Assembly: GCA_051599415.1 (NCBI GenBank)
Contig: AP039692.1
Location: 62,001-126,000, forward strand
From: Savitreella phatthalungensis
Taxonomy: Eukaryota
Direction: 5' to 3'
Length of the DNA stretch: 64,000 nucleotides
Shown here one piece after another: positions 41,450 to 52,222 of this stretch (the stretch's first letter is position 1; each line of letters begins with the position of its first letter). The notes beneath the pieces were generated by a model, which worked only from the letters and a program-made list of their open reading frames with translations, made no database searches and was not told the origin of the DNA. The position numbers were made by a program, and so were the translations under genes.

Positions 41450-42604
41450 ATGTCCTTCAACCTGATTCAGGCAGCAACTACCTTGAAGCAGCAGCAGCAA
41501 CAAGTAGCCTCGAATCAGGAAGGCGAAGCGGAACCCTCGGCGCCCGAATTTGCATTCTCAATAGACTTCTCTGCCGTCGACCCGGAGACAGTCAGACGTG
41601 CTGCTGGTCAATCAGTAGACCTTCCAGAGGACCAATCCGGCGATGACTCCGACCAACTCTCAGGTGCCAACGACGGTGGAGATTCAGAGCGGAGTAACAA
41701 CGTAGCTGGCGATGAGAGTGGGCGAGATGATGCGAGCGATTCTGACTGGGCAGAGGCGTCTCGCGGCCGGTATTTCTTTGCAGAAGATCCTGCTGTCAGT
41801 GCAGCCATAACAGACTCGTCCGATCCCTCGCAGCAGGTGTGTCACAATTGCAAAGGTCGCGGACACAAGTCGCGTAATTGTCCCCATCAGATCTGCCGGA
41901 CTTGTGGAGCTCTTGACTCCCATGCAACCCAACGCTGCCCAATGACCCAGCGCTGCTACAACTGTAATCGACTTGGTCACGTCGCCGGTGACTGCTCCGA
42001 ACGTGTACGACGGCAAGGAGATTTTTGTGACAGCTGCGGTGCCAGAACTCATCTATCGTCGACCTGCCCACAAATCTGGCGCTTGTATGTGCCGCCGAAT
42101 GACGTCGAGTTCCATGTTTCTGGTGCCAAGGCGACGTGGCAAAAAGGCCTGTCACTCTACTGCTACAATTGCGCCGACTCTGGTCACTATGGCGATGACT
42201 GTCCGATTCCTCATCGTATACGTCACCTGGAACCTTCAGCATTCTGCGCAGACAATCTGCCAGATCCGTCGCTCATCAAACCGGTCTCTCACCGCCAAAC
42301 CGGACATGGACGGCGCAGACGTGACGAAGAGCGTACGAATGGTTCCGCTCATGGTCATTCTGCAGGAGGTGCCGTTCGTGGTGGCAAGCGCCCTCCAGAC
42401 ATGCCTACCGAATACGATCACCATCACTACCACGGCCGCAAAGCGACGCGCGGCTCACGCTTTGATCCGATCGAGGCACGCGACCGTTCACATAGGGCAC
42501 ATTACAAGGGTCGCCACGCCGAGGCCAGGAAGCACGAAGACTGGCCGCCTCGCCCGAATGGCCCTTCGGCCAAACGGAAGAGTGCCAGACACGGCAGGAG
42601 GTGA
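41450..42604 (+). CDS. Air1/Air2-like zinc-knuckle TRAMP subunit
   Basis: GRYF, five CCHC knuckles, CPQIWRLY linker, YCYNCADSGHYGDDC. Confidence 0.88.
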   Translation: MSFNLIQAATTLKQQQQQVASNQEGEAEPSAPEFAFSIDFSAVDPETVRRAAGQSVDLPEDQSGDDSDQLSGANDGGDSERSNNVAGDESGRDDASDSDWAEASRGRYFFAEDPAVSAAITDSSDPSQQVCHNCKGRGHKSRNCPHQICRTCGALDSHATQRCPMTQRCYNCNRLGHVAGDCSERVRRQGDFCDSCGARTHLSSTCPQIWRLYVPPNDVEFHVSGAKATWQKGLSLYCYNCADSGHYGDDCPIPHRIRHLEPSAFCADNLPDPSLIKPVSHRQTGHGRRRRDEERTNGSAHGHSAGGAVRGGKRPPDMPTEYDHHHYHGRKATRGSRFDPIEARDRSHRAHYKGRHAEARKHEDWPPRPNGPSAKRKSARHGRR

Positions 42605-42738
42605 TATCAAGCAAGGGACTCTGGAGACCACGTACACGACTGAATGCTAATGTAGGAATTCGTATGATGACGCTTGCAATGCTAATGACGTTAATGATGA
42701 AACATTGACCGATCTCCCAAAAACGGAATTGTAGGTGC

Positions 42739-43566
42739 CTATGCGCCTGGGTCTGTCGATTCGCTTTCGAGTGCCAAACGACGGCCCTCTAGTGTCCGAT
42801 AGGCCTGTCTTGCAGGGGCTCCGAGAACTCCGACGAGCTGACCACCGGCAGCGTAGTTGAGAAGTCCGACAAGTTGAGCGCGGAGAGTATCGAGCGGTGG
42901 CAAAGCAGCTACCTTGTCCAAACTAGGCCTATCGAAGGTCACGCCTGAGAAGGCACCACCGAGGACCAGCAACCTGCCATTTGTTGCGTCTGCTAGTTTG
43001 AGAATCCTTTTCAACGTTCCAGAATCGGATCCCTGTGCGTCGAGAGGCACAGTGAGCGCACAGAGCGGCCCTCCAAGAACGTTCCTGAGATCTAGCTGCT
43101 GTGCACCTGCTTCTGCATCGGGAGCATGCTTTTCTTTGAGCTCTCGCGCTAGATCTGCCGCTCCCCTTGAATTGACGCCCAATGATGTCTCTTTGGAGAC
43201 GACTTGTGCGACCCGCATAGCGTGGTCGAAAATACCACTTCGTAAGACTGTCACTTTAGACCCGGGAACCTGTTTGGCCAGAGATGCTCTCAGTGCATTC
43301 CACTCGGACTGTCGCAGATTGTTGTGCTGCGCAAATAGTAGGAGAGAATCCTTGTGGTTGTTGACCAGGTGCACGTACTTCGCATGAAGATGTGCCTTCC
43401 GAGAGCCAGGTCTTTTGTTCGGGGCATTCAAGTCTGTAGGTCGGTCAATCTGAATTACACCCGATGAAGCAGCAGCCGCAGAAGTGACTCTCGAGGCGGC
43501 GGTCGTCTGCACTGATGCGCATCGACGAGCCGTCGTGCTCAGACAGCGGACGGCGACCCGCGACAT
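42739..43566 (-). CDS. Mitochondrial ribosomal protein uL10m (MrpL11-like)
   Basis: Presequence MSRVAVRCLSTTARR, LLFAQHNNL..EW..LR, LLVLGG, LPPLDTLRAQLVGLL. Confidence 0.85.
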   Translation of the reverse strand: MSRVAVRCLSTTARRCASVQTTAASRVTSAAAASSGVIQIDRPTDLNAPNKRPGSRKAHLHAKYVHLVNNHKDSLLLFAQHNNLRQSEWNALRASLAKQVPGSKVTVLRSGIFDHAMRVAQVVSKETSLGVNSRGAADLARELKEKHAPDAEAGAQQLDLRNVLGGPLCALTVPLDAQGSDSGTLKRILKLADATNGRLLVLGGAFSGVTFDRPSLDKVAALPPLDTLRAQLVGLLNYAAGGQLVGVLGAPARQAYRTLEGRRLALESESTDPGA

Positions 43567-43816
43567 CCTCAGCTGATATGTTCCCAAATGTACACAATCG
43601 CAAGGGCTTTTCACTACGATGATCTTCCTCCGTGGCAAGCAGACTTGAGTTCTGCTCCGCCCTAGTGTCCAGGCAAGTTCATCCGAACAACGATTTTTGT
43701 GCTCGACACTTTGAGATGTGGTCACGTGATTGTTTTCAGCTTATACTCACATGTTTTCCTTCTTGGCAATTGCCTCCTCATCATGCCCTTATGCAACTCT
43801 AAATACAGAAGTGTTT

Positions 43817-45817
43817 CTACTGCTGCCTCGCCAGCGTGTCCATGTCGTCAAGGAATCCCTGCCAGTCGTCTCTGATACCTTCTGCGACTATGTAACCTTG
43901 GGAACCCAGAGCTCGACTGACTCGAGCTTTATCACCTTCGTCACCGGCCGCAAGTCCTGAGGGCTCCGTGACGTCGACATTGCCTTCTCCGAGCAGGGCG
44001 AGGTTCACCCAGCCAATGACTAACATTCCAGGAGGTCGCTGATCGCCGAGATGATCGATGACCTGCTCTGCACGAGCAATAGTAGTCGTGATGCAACGTT
44101 GGTCTCTCGAGCTGCCACGCTCGATGATCGAGACCGGCAGGTATTCAGGGTACGGCGCACCGTCACGAGTCGTCGAGACCTGACCCTCGATTGTTCGTTT
44201 AGACGTCAGGGCGGCGACAAGCTCTCCAATGCGCGCGACGCCCATCAACACAACAAGCGTTGTTGCACGCCGATATCCCGGCATCAGGGACGTCTTGCCC
44301 AGCCGACCAACGCCAGTGCACAGAACCATCTGATCGGCAACACCACGCTGAGTGACGGGAATCTGAGCAAAAAGGGGAGCAGCCAGTGCAGAGGAAACGC
44401 CTGGTACAACGATAGCCTCATATCCGTGTTTGCGGAAGAAGAGGACTTCTTCTCCACCGCGGCCGTACACGTATGGATCGCCCTGCTTGAGACGAACGAC
44501 TGTGCCACCGCGACCTTCTCGTGATCTTTCCTGTAGAAACTGCAAAGCGAGCTCTTGCAGCTCCACCTGCGCATTTTCAGCATTGCCTGGAAATTTCTTC
44601 GCAATGGTAGTGCGGGAGTTCTTCGGGATGAGAGCAAGAACAGGTGCTGGCACGAGCTTATCGGCGAGCACGAGATCTGCCGTACGGAGTGCTTGCAGAG
44701 CGGCAACGGTAAGGAGTGACGGATGACCCGGCCCGCTGCCGAGTAGCAGAACGCGCGGATTTGAGTTCGTCTGTTCGGTCGGTGCATGCAGGTCAAGTGC
44801 GTGTACAGTGGGCGGCTCTGATGGTGCGACGACTGCCGTCAAGGATTGCATCGCGATACCTTTGCTCAGATTGCTTGTTGAAGGGCTACGCGAAACAGCA
44901 GGAGAAGTCGCTAGTGAAGGCATCGCCGGAGTGGTTGTACCTGTATCAAAGTCTGTCAGTAGACGATCAATATCTGTAGGGCGCAAGCGGCCTATCGTCT
45001 TGATCGGCCAATATTCGCTGACCTGGGCCATCCACTTCATTCTCCGACTTTGTGTTTCATCCACCGATTCTGCAACATCTGGAAAGTAAGAACCGGCGAC
45101 GGCGACCGGAGAGCCGTATTGCTTGACCGGCGTGTTGATAGGTTCTGAGATGAGCTGATCGTCTTCGTCGTGCTCAGCGGCCGCCCGCGCGTCGTCCGTC
45201 ATGTCTATAATTCGTTGTCGGATGGCTGCGATGTTATCGACTGCACGACCCACATCTGCCGGCAGATGAGCAACGATCTCTCGTCGTATACGCGTTGCGA
45301 GCCGACAACCTTTGCCAAATGTGTTTACTGCCACCTGGAGTGCGTGCGCACGACTTCCATCCGCAGTCCGCCAACGGTGAGTCGCTGGAAAGGAGAGGTC
45401 AATGAGATGTGTCTGATCGACAAAATTGACGTGAATGCGGTGTTGTCTGCAGATTGTTGCAATGTGCTCGCACGATTCTGCCGTGCGGCGTTCAGCCTTT
45501 GCGCTCAGCACAGAGTCCGTCACACAGACGAGGTCTAGATTCTCAATAGAAGTCAGAGATTTGCCAATATCGTGCTCATCGAAAGCGTGCGCGTGAGCTT
45601 GAGCGGTCTCAACACGGTACTTCAGCTCGGCATCGAGAAAATCTTCTGTCCGCTTCGTTGGGTCATGTGCGACGTATACTTTGTATCCAGCCTCGATTGC
45701 TGCGAGAACGCGGGAAGCGGCCTGTCGATTCGATCCAATCACCAAACATGCGGCACCTTTTCTTGGCCGAAGCGTGACCAGCAGAGCACCTGTTGGAGAT
45801 GGCTCCACGAAGGTCAT
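43817..45817 (-). CDS. MET1: Uroporphyrinogen-III C-methyltransferase with siroheme-synthase-like N-terminus
   Basis: LLGSGPGHPSLLT, ADLVLADKLVP, KFPGNA, VVRLKQGDPYVYGRGGEE, VPGVSSALAAP, IPVTQRGVA. Confidence 0.92.
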   Translation of the reverse strand: MTFVEPSPTGALLVTLRPRKGAACLVIGSNRQAASRVLAAIEAGYKVYVAHDPTKRTEDFLDAELKYRVETAQAHAHAFDEHDIGKSLTSIENLDLVCVTDSVLSAKAERRTAESCEHIATICRQHRIHVNFVDQTHLIDLSFPATHRWRTADGSRAHALQVAVNTFGKGCRLATRIRREIVAHLPADVGRAVDNIAAIRQRIIDMTDDARAAAEHDEDDQLISEPINTPVKQYGSPVAVAGSYFPDVAESVDETQSRRMKWMAQVSEYWPIKTIGRLRPTDIDRLLTDFDTGTTTPAMPSLATSPAVSRSPSTSNLSKGIAMQSLTAVVAPSEPPTVHALDLHAPTEQTNSNPRVLLLGSGPGHPSLLTVAALQALRTADLVLADKLVPAPVLALIPKNSRTTIAKKFPGNAENAQVELQELALQFLQERSREGRGGTVVRLKQGDPYVYGRGGEEVLFFRKHGYEAIVVPGVSSALAAPLFAQIPVTQRGVADQMVLCTGVGRLGKTSLMPGYRRATTLVVLMGVARIGELVAALTSKRTIEGQVSTTRDGAPYPEYLPVSIIERGSSRDQRCITTTIARAEQVIDHLGDQRPPGMLVIGWVNLALLGEGNVDVTEPSGLAAGDEGDKARVSRALGSQGYIVAEGIRDDWQGFLDDMDTLARQQ

Positions 45818-46167
45818 GATCCTGCCTTCACAGGGATTAGGAGATTGTACGCCAGCTTGAGTTGCTGATAAGATTGTAAGTGCGTCAGAAAGCGTTTCAA
45901 GATCAATCCATCATGCATCGAAAGCTGAACTGATGTCAGTGACATGTGAGAGATTCATTATCTCTCGGCTCCGTCAAATTCACGTGTATTTAAAGTGCAA
46001 TCCACATGATGAGACGCAGCGAAGACGTGCCTAGAGTGACAAAGACATATGACAGGTGTCTGAACTATAGTTGCGAAGCTAGATGTAGAACCGCAAACGT
46101 CATATGCTGTATGACCATGGTTTCTAGCTCTGACAGTCTATGGGCGGTTGCATACTCATAGCCTCAT

Positions 46168-49100
46168 CTACCTGGTAGCCTGCTTGCGAACCCGGCCAGA
46201 GGCCGTAGGCGGGAGGGTTGCGGGTTTGGCTGGTGCAGGCTTTACGGCGACGTCGGAGATCCGTGATCCCGACTTTTTGCTCGATTTGCTCGGCGTCGAA
46301 TTCTTCAGCGGAGTGCCTTTAGCCTTAGCTGATCCCTTGGCTGCGCTCGTGGCCGCACCGGTAGTTGACGACTTGCCATTCGCCTTTGGAGTCCCAGCGC
46401 GTGAGCTTGTCGCACTGCTCTCTGCCTTCACCTTCTTAGCTTTAGGCGCTTGTACGGCGGAAGCTTCTGAAGCAGCATCATCATCGACGGCGGCACGCTT
46501 CTTGCTGTTCGGTCCCTCGACTGCGTCTTCCGGCGAAAATTCCTTGACAATCATGTTGAGCAGTGTCGCGCAGCGACGCTGGATCTCCGCTGTTGTCCTC
46601 GATTTGATAAACCAGTCGAACCTGAACATTGGCGACTCACGAATCTCCGCTCGAATAGCGTCGTAGATGTCCTCACGGTGCATTCCGAGTTCGTGGAGCT
46701 TAACAACAAGGAATCGGTCTTCTTCGTCAGAGTAGACTTTGCCTTTGTTTGTGCTGTAGTGGAGTTTGAGCTGTGTCAGGGGCGCTTTGTAAAGCTGCAC
46801 TTTCTTGCGCAACGCGGCCGCTTGTTTCTCGTGACGTCTGATGCGTTCTTCTCCAGCCTCGACCTGTGCAAGGTATTTGTCGTGCATATCCTCGTCTTGC
46901 ATGCGTCTCTCCTTGAAGAAAGCGCGGGAGTACGCTTTGACTTCCTGTTCCGTCTTTGTGCCAATCTCAGCCACGATGGCGGCAATGTCGTTTCGTCCAT
47001 GCCGTTCACAACCGCGCAAGAACGAATGAAAGTCGCGACGCTGCCAAGTACCAAAGCCTGCCGCAATATATGCTTCTTTGTCCTCCTTTTCCTGCTCTGT
47101 GAGTGGAACAGCGTCGTCGATGAGTTGCTGTTCGATGGCGGCTTCTTCTTCAGTCGTCGTCTCGTCCACCTGGACCTTGTAGCCCTGTTCCTTCTGGAAA
47201 GCGCGAGCCTCTCGCTCTTGCAACTCTGCAAGCTGAGGTGGGTAGAATTGATGATCTTGAATATGCACCTGCTTGGGTGGACGAGGAGCTTTCGGTGCAG
47301 CCTCCTTCTTTGGCGCTGCTGACGTCAAAGCACCGCGCCAGTAAGCATCCATGTTATAAGAGTCTGCTTTGCGCTCCCTCTTTGCCGGATTGATCCAGAA
47401 CTGATTCTCTTTCCGTTTTGCCAGCTCTTTGCCACCATCAAAAGCATAGCTAGCCTCGAACTTTTGCAAGTCGTCGACACCAAATCCCTCAAATTTCTTG
47501 TTCAAGGTCTGTGTCCGTTCCTCACCCGCAGCCAAAATCGCATCCAAATCGTCGGCATCGCCACCAGCCTCTCCCTCTTTGACGTCCTTTGTCCGGTCAA
47601 GAATAGTGGCGGCGCCGTGCTGGACCATGTTGAGGAGATCGTCCTTCGTCTCCTTCTGCTCGACCCGAGCGCGACCCTGCTGGATGACGAGCTGATCGAG
47701 CCTGAGCTTCTGCGCAGCACGCTCTAGGATCTTCTCCTCGACAGAGTGATCAGTCACAAAACGGTACACGTAGACTTGCTTTTTCTGACCAATTCGATGG
47801 GCGCGGTCCATAGCCTGAAGATCCGCTTGTGGATTCCAGTCTGAGTCGAAGAGTACCACGACATCTGCCGCAGTAAGGGTAATGCCGAGACCTCCAGCAC
47901 GAGTCGTGAGCAGGAACAAAAATTTGTCCGAATCGGGTTTTTGGTACTCCTCAATGGCGTTGATGCGATCTTCGTGCGATGTCTGTCCGTCGATCCGACA
48001 ATATGTGTAGCTGCGGTACCAGCAGTAGTCCTCCAGAATGTCCAGTACACGTGACATTTGACTGAAGATGAGCACGCGGGAGCCCTTCTCTTTCATTCTC
48101 GTCAGTAATTTGTCGAGTACGACGAGCTTGCCACTGTCGTTGATCAAGTTGTCGTTTGTCTCATATGGCGGTCCAGGCTCAGCACCATCGAAAAGATAAG
48201 GGTGATTACAACACTTGCGCAATTGCATGACGATGTTAAGCAGGCGTGTCTTGCCTTCGCGCTTTCCACCTGCACCATTTACCGCATCGATATCTTTCTC
48301 CAGTAGTCTTCGATACCACGTCTTTTGCATCTGTGACATGCCAATGTAGAGATTTGTCTCCTTCTTCGGCAATAGCGACTTCTCCACATCCATCTTGATT
48401 CTTCTGAGGAGGAAAGGTCGCAAGATGCGATGCAATTGCTTGATGACAACATCTTCTTGTCCTTCTTGCTGCTCGAACCAATTGTCGAATGCCTCACTCG
48501 AGCTGAACACATCGGGTAGCAGGAAGTTCAACAGAGCCCACAGCTCGTGCATGTTGTTTTGGAGAGGCGTGCCTGTGATCAGAAGACGATTGCGCGAATT
48601 GAAGAGTCGTATCACCTGGGAAAGCAGGGACTCTTCGTTTTTGATGCGATGTGCTTCGTCAATGATGATGTACTCCCAAGCGAATTTCTTCAGATGCGTC
48701 TTCTCCCGGATGACCATCTCGTAGGAAGTAATCGTCACATCCCACTCACCCTCGAGGAAGTCTTCCTGAATAAGTCTCGCACGTTCTTGCTTCTCTCCCT
48801 GTAGCAAAAGCACCTTGACCTCTGGAATCCAGTGCTCAAACTCTTTTCTCCAGTTGTGCATGGTCGACTTGGGCACGATGACGAGATGGGGCCCAGGGAT
48901 ACTCCGGACGGTACGTAGATATCCTAGGAAGGAGATGGTCTGGAGCGTTTTGCCGAGACCCATTTCGTCCGCAAGGATACCGTTGATACCATTTTCGTAC
49001 AGGGAGATGAGCCAATTGAGACCCTCGACCTGGTAATCCCGCATTGTGCCGTTGATGTAGGAAGGCGATTCCGTAAAGACTGTGGCTCTATCTGTATCCC

Positions 49101-49425
49101 GTTCTGCGCCAAGAAGCTCAGAGTCCTCCTCTTTTTCGGTCTTGCGATGACGGCCGGTCGCGCCGCCTTTCCGGCCACCGGCACCTGAAGCGGCTGACTT
49201 TGCCTGGCTCTTGACAGCCTCATCGAAAGTCTTTTTGAATTCCGCGTCTTCGCTGGCACGTAGGTCGATGAAGTGCTTGAAGAGGTCTGTTTGCCCGAGT
49301 AGGAACGCATACCGCTTGGCCGAGTCTGACGTCTTTGCATTATTGAGACGTGAGTGCTGTAGGTCCAGGTTACGACGGGATGAGATATCGCTGAAGTCCG
49401 CAGTCGATGCGACTTCGGAATCCAT
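46168..49425 (-). CDS. ISWI chromatin-remodelling ATPase
   Basis: GILADEMGLGKTLQT, DEAHRIKN, LLITGTPLQNN, QAMDRAHRIGQ, HAND-SANT-SLIDE (FRFDWFIKSRT); first ATG 49425. Confidence 0.95.
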   Translation of the reverse strand: MDSEVASTADFSDISSRRNLDLQHSRLNNAKTSDSAKRYAFLLGQTDLFKHFIDLRASEDAEFKKTFDEAVKSQAKSAASGAGGRKGGATGRHRKTEKEEDSELLGAERDTDRATVFTESPSYINGTMRDYQVEGLNWLISLYENGINGILADEMGLGKTLQTISFLGYLRTVRSIPGPHLVIVPKSTMHNWRKEFEHWIPEVKVLLLQGEKQERARLIQEDFLEGEWDVTITSYEMVIREKTHLKKFAWEYIIIDEAHRIKNEESLLSQVIRLFNSRNRLLITGTPLQNNMHELWALLNFLLPDVFSSSEAFDNWFEQQEGQEDVVIKQLHRILRPFLLRRIKMDVEKSLLPKKETNLYIGMSQMQKTWYRRLLEKDIDAVNGAGGKREGKTRLLNIVMQLRKCCNHPYLFDGAEPGPPYETNDNLINDSGKLVVLDKLLTRMKEKGSRVLIFSQMSRVLDILEDYCWYRSYTYCRIDGQTSHEDRINAIEEYQKPDSDKFLFLLTTRAGGLGITLTAADVVVLFDSDWNPQADLQAMDRAHRIGQKKQVYVYRFVTDHSVEEKILERAAQKLRLDQLVIQQGRARVEQKETKDDLLNMVQHGAATILDRTKDVKEGEAGGDADDLDAILAAGEERTQTLNKKFEGFGVDDLQKFEASYAFDGGKELAKRKENQFWINPAKRERKADSYNMDAYWRGALTSAAPKKEAAPKAPRPPKQVHIQDHQFYPPQLAELQEREARAFQKEQGYKVQVDETTTEEEAAIEQQLIDDAVPLTEQEKEDKEAYIAAGFGTWQRRDFHSFLRGCERHGRNDIAAIVAEIGTKTEQEVKAYSRAFFKERRMQDEDMHDKYLAQVEAGEERIRRHEKQAAALRKKVQLYKAPLTQLKLHYSTNKGKVYSDEEDRFLVVKLHELGMHREDIYDAIRAEIRESPMFRFDWFIKSRTTAEIQRRCATLLNMIVKEFSPEDAVEGPNSKKRAAVDDDAASEASAVQAPKAKKVKAESSATSSRAGTPKANGKSSTTGAATSAAKGSAKAKGTPLKNSTPSKSSKKSGSRISDVAVKPAPAKPATLPPTASGRVRKQATR

Positions 49426-50096
49426 GGTGGTGCAGATTACAGTTGCGGCCTTTAGAAATTGCCCAAAGTCACCTTTCAACTTCTAGTAAACGCGTGGTGC
49501 GGCGCGTCAATCTAAGATGATTGCCACTTGATCCACTGTAGACGTGCCAGGAGCTCTTCTCTGGCCTTCACTTGATGTGAGCGTCCGTCACTAATATCCT
49601 CGTCGGGCTATGATGGTGTTTGGTCAAAGAGTCTTTTGGATCCTGTCGTCCGCGAAGGACGAACGAGGGTCTCTGCTACGGATGGGTTGAACGAGAGCGC
49701 GTGCCTTCTTGTGCATCAGCGGCCCTCATTTAATTTATATTCAATCATCATTTAGCTAGCTGCATATATTAGCTCTCGACGGTTGCGTCCAATATATGCA
49801 TATGCGCTGGACGCGCGCTGACACGGAGCGGTTAAAAGGCGGCGATATGCAGGACTCGTATGCCTTACTTTGATATGTGCGAGAGGATGCGAGTCTCTAG
49901 AAGTCCAAATGACGATCCTTGGCCTGGCAAGCCCGTATGTAATGAAGCTTGAGTCTCTAGGGGGCAGCGCGCCAGCTTGAACAGCAATACAAGAGCAGAT
50001 CTAGACCGAAGTCGAATGATTGAGCATGATTCGCACATCTCGCGGGATTCGACCACCCTCGAGCTCGTCATCACTTCATTAAACATTTCATGTAGC

Positions 50097-51287
50097 CTAC
50101 ATGACCTTGCAAGCATCGTCGCTACCCAGCTGACGGACATCCTGCTCTCGAATCAGCACATTGCCAGAGACGACGGTGGACAGGTACGACATGACAAGTT
50201 CCACATTGCCCGGCGAACGACGAATGAGCTCTTCGACCACGCCGCACACGATACCGCAACCGCCGAGAGAAGCGTGTTCGGTGTGCAGCTTGCCATTTGA
50301 CTTGCCGTGTCCATTCGTGGCAATGTACAGAGCTGTCTGCCCGCAACCGCAATCATCCGGTAGTCGTCTCAAGTCCAGTGACAGTGCCACAAGCTGGTCC
50401 GCGTGCTCAAAACCCATCAGCAGGCTGGTGTCGAGCAAAGACGGAGGTCCTTGAAGCAGCTCGATGGGAAGTAGCATACTTGCAGGCGTGTCGGGTGCAG
50501 CAGTCAGGCTGAAAAACCGAGGAAGTTCATGCTGCAGCAGGATCCGCGTCAGAGCGGGCAGGACGTCTGATACTTCAGCCCGTAAGCCAGTCATGACTAG
50601 TTTGTCTCGCGTGTATATGCTCACAGGGACGCCAGAGTCACGCAGAAACTTGATCACTCTGCCTTCTTCTTCACCGTGCTGCTGCCGTTGTACATCATGA
50701 CCGTGGAACAATGCTTCCTCATCAAATTCGAAGCTGGCAAGCTCGCTCGTACTTTCCCGTCGCAGGGAACCGCCAAAGTCCTCACCATCCGACAGGTTCT
50801 GTGACTGGACTGGCGAGGCGCGGCGTGAAACAAAACTGCCAGAAAGGTCTTCAAAGACAAAGTCAGCATCCAGCAGGGCCCGACGAACTTTTCGCTCGTC
50901 CGTGCGCGCTACCAGGATGTAGTCTGAGAAGTAGGTCGTGATGAAAAGAATGGAGACTCCTGCACGTGCCAGTGGCGCTGTGAGCTGAACCAAGCGGTCC
51001 CCATCCCCAATGCCTTCTCCGTCGATCTGCATCGCGAGATAGCCCGCGGTCTCGATCGTGACGCCACCATGATCATGTCCAGCTAGACGCTCAGCACAGG
51101 GCAGAAACGTATCCTTCGCGAGTGCTTCTGGAAGAATGACTGAGACGCTCGAGGGCGTGATGCTGAGGCTGAAAAATGCTGGACATGCGTGGAGGAGTGT
51201 AAGTGTCGCATGGAGGAAATGAGGGAAGACATCTGGCGGAATATGCACTAGTGAGAGAGTTGGCTCCAGAAACGCGATCGTGGTCAT
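50097..51287 (-). CDS. CASTOR/GATS-like ACT-domain amino-acid sensor
   Basis: LSLVHIP, FFSLSITP, LTAPLARAGVSILFITTYFSDYILV, GIVCGV, MSYLSTVVSGNVLI; ATG 51287. Confidence 0.85.
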   Translation of the reverse strand: MTTIAFLEPTLSLVHIPPDVFPHFLHATLTLLHACPAFFSLSITPSSVSVILPEALAKDTFLPCAERLAGHDHGGVTIETAGYLAMQIDGEGIGDGDRLVQLTAPLARAGVSILFITTYFSDYILVARTDERKVRRALLDADFVFEDLSGSFVSRRASPVQSQNLSDGEDFGGSLRRESTSELASFEFDEEALFHGHDVQRQQHGEEEGRVIKFLRDSGVPVSIYTRDKLVMTGLRAEVSDVLPALTRILLQHELPRFFSLTAAPDTPASMLLPIELLQGPPSLLDTSLLMGFEHADQLVALSLDLRRLPDDCGCGQTALYIATNGHGKSNGKLHTEHASLGGCGIVCGVVEELIRRSPGNVELVMSYLSTVVSGNVLIREQDVRQLGSDDACKVM

Positions 51288-52222
51288 AGTCGGAGAAGCT
51301 CCTGATGCTTCACTGCTGAGGATTCGGCCACCCGTCAACTGGTAGTCAGGGCCGGTGCGAGTGCTCCTTGACTATCTAGAGTGAGCCGCTGCAGTGCTCT
51401 TATGCGAAGGCAGACCGGTCTGAGTGCTTGCGGTGAGACAAGGTTTCTGTGGTCCTGCTGTCTCACGTGGTCGAACGGTGACACACGCACGAGCAGGCTT
51501 GCCTAAACGATTACGCGAATCGGCTGCCTTTACGTGCACTCAGTCCTGGGTCGAGTGCCGAAGAGTGCGTGCACGCTACAATAGTCTGGGGTTTCTAGAA
51601 AAGCGCGTGACTTTTGCAATGGTCGTCAATATGTCCTTGTAGGGCGAAACTAGCAATGAGAAGTCCGTGCACGACGAAATTCTCTCGATCGTTGCTGTCG
51701 TGGAGGAGCTCAGTGCGCTGGAAGCGTGCAAAATGCTCCAGGTAGATGCGGCAAAGAAGACTGTATGAGTTTCCGGAATAGCCGAGGACGATGAGTAACC
51801 ATAAAACTTCCGAACCTGAGGTTCTAGAGCTTCACGGCCAAGATTCTGAGTCCTATAAGAATGGGTGCAGTGCCTGTGTAGGACTGCTGAGAACAGAGCT
51901 CTCGAAGTGATGACTGCTAGCTAGACAGGGACAAAAAGATTCGAAAGGCGGACAAACAAAGCAAAGAGCGGGAGCACTATCGTGTCGTGTGAGCTAGCCT
52001 TCAGGAAGATACAGCAGTAGCAACTGGGGCAACCAGAGGGGGCAACAGCAGCGGCGACAATCGTGAACTGGGTCGATGAATTCGGTGAGTGAGTTTCGAT
52101 AGAGAAGCAGTAGAGCCAGCGGCAGAGCAGGAGAGGAGAGGAGAGTTGAAGCTATTGTGCGAGTATCACAAGGTGGAAGAATCGGCAGGTAGATGTCGCG
52201 TAAGAGTTGTTGAACATGACGA

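Noticed and set aside
30635..45897. Identical 15-mer CGTCAGAAAGCGTTT at 30635 and 45883, upstream of HIT and MET1
   Set aside because: About two exact 15-mer matches are expected by chance in 64 kb (n^2/2 divided by 4^15), and the genes have no obvious shared function.
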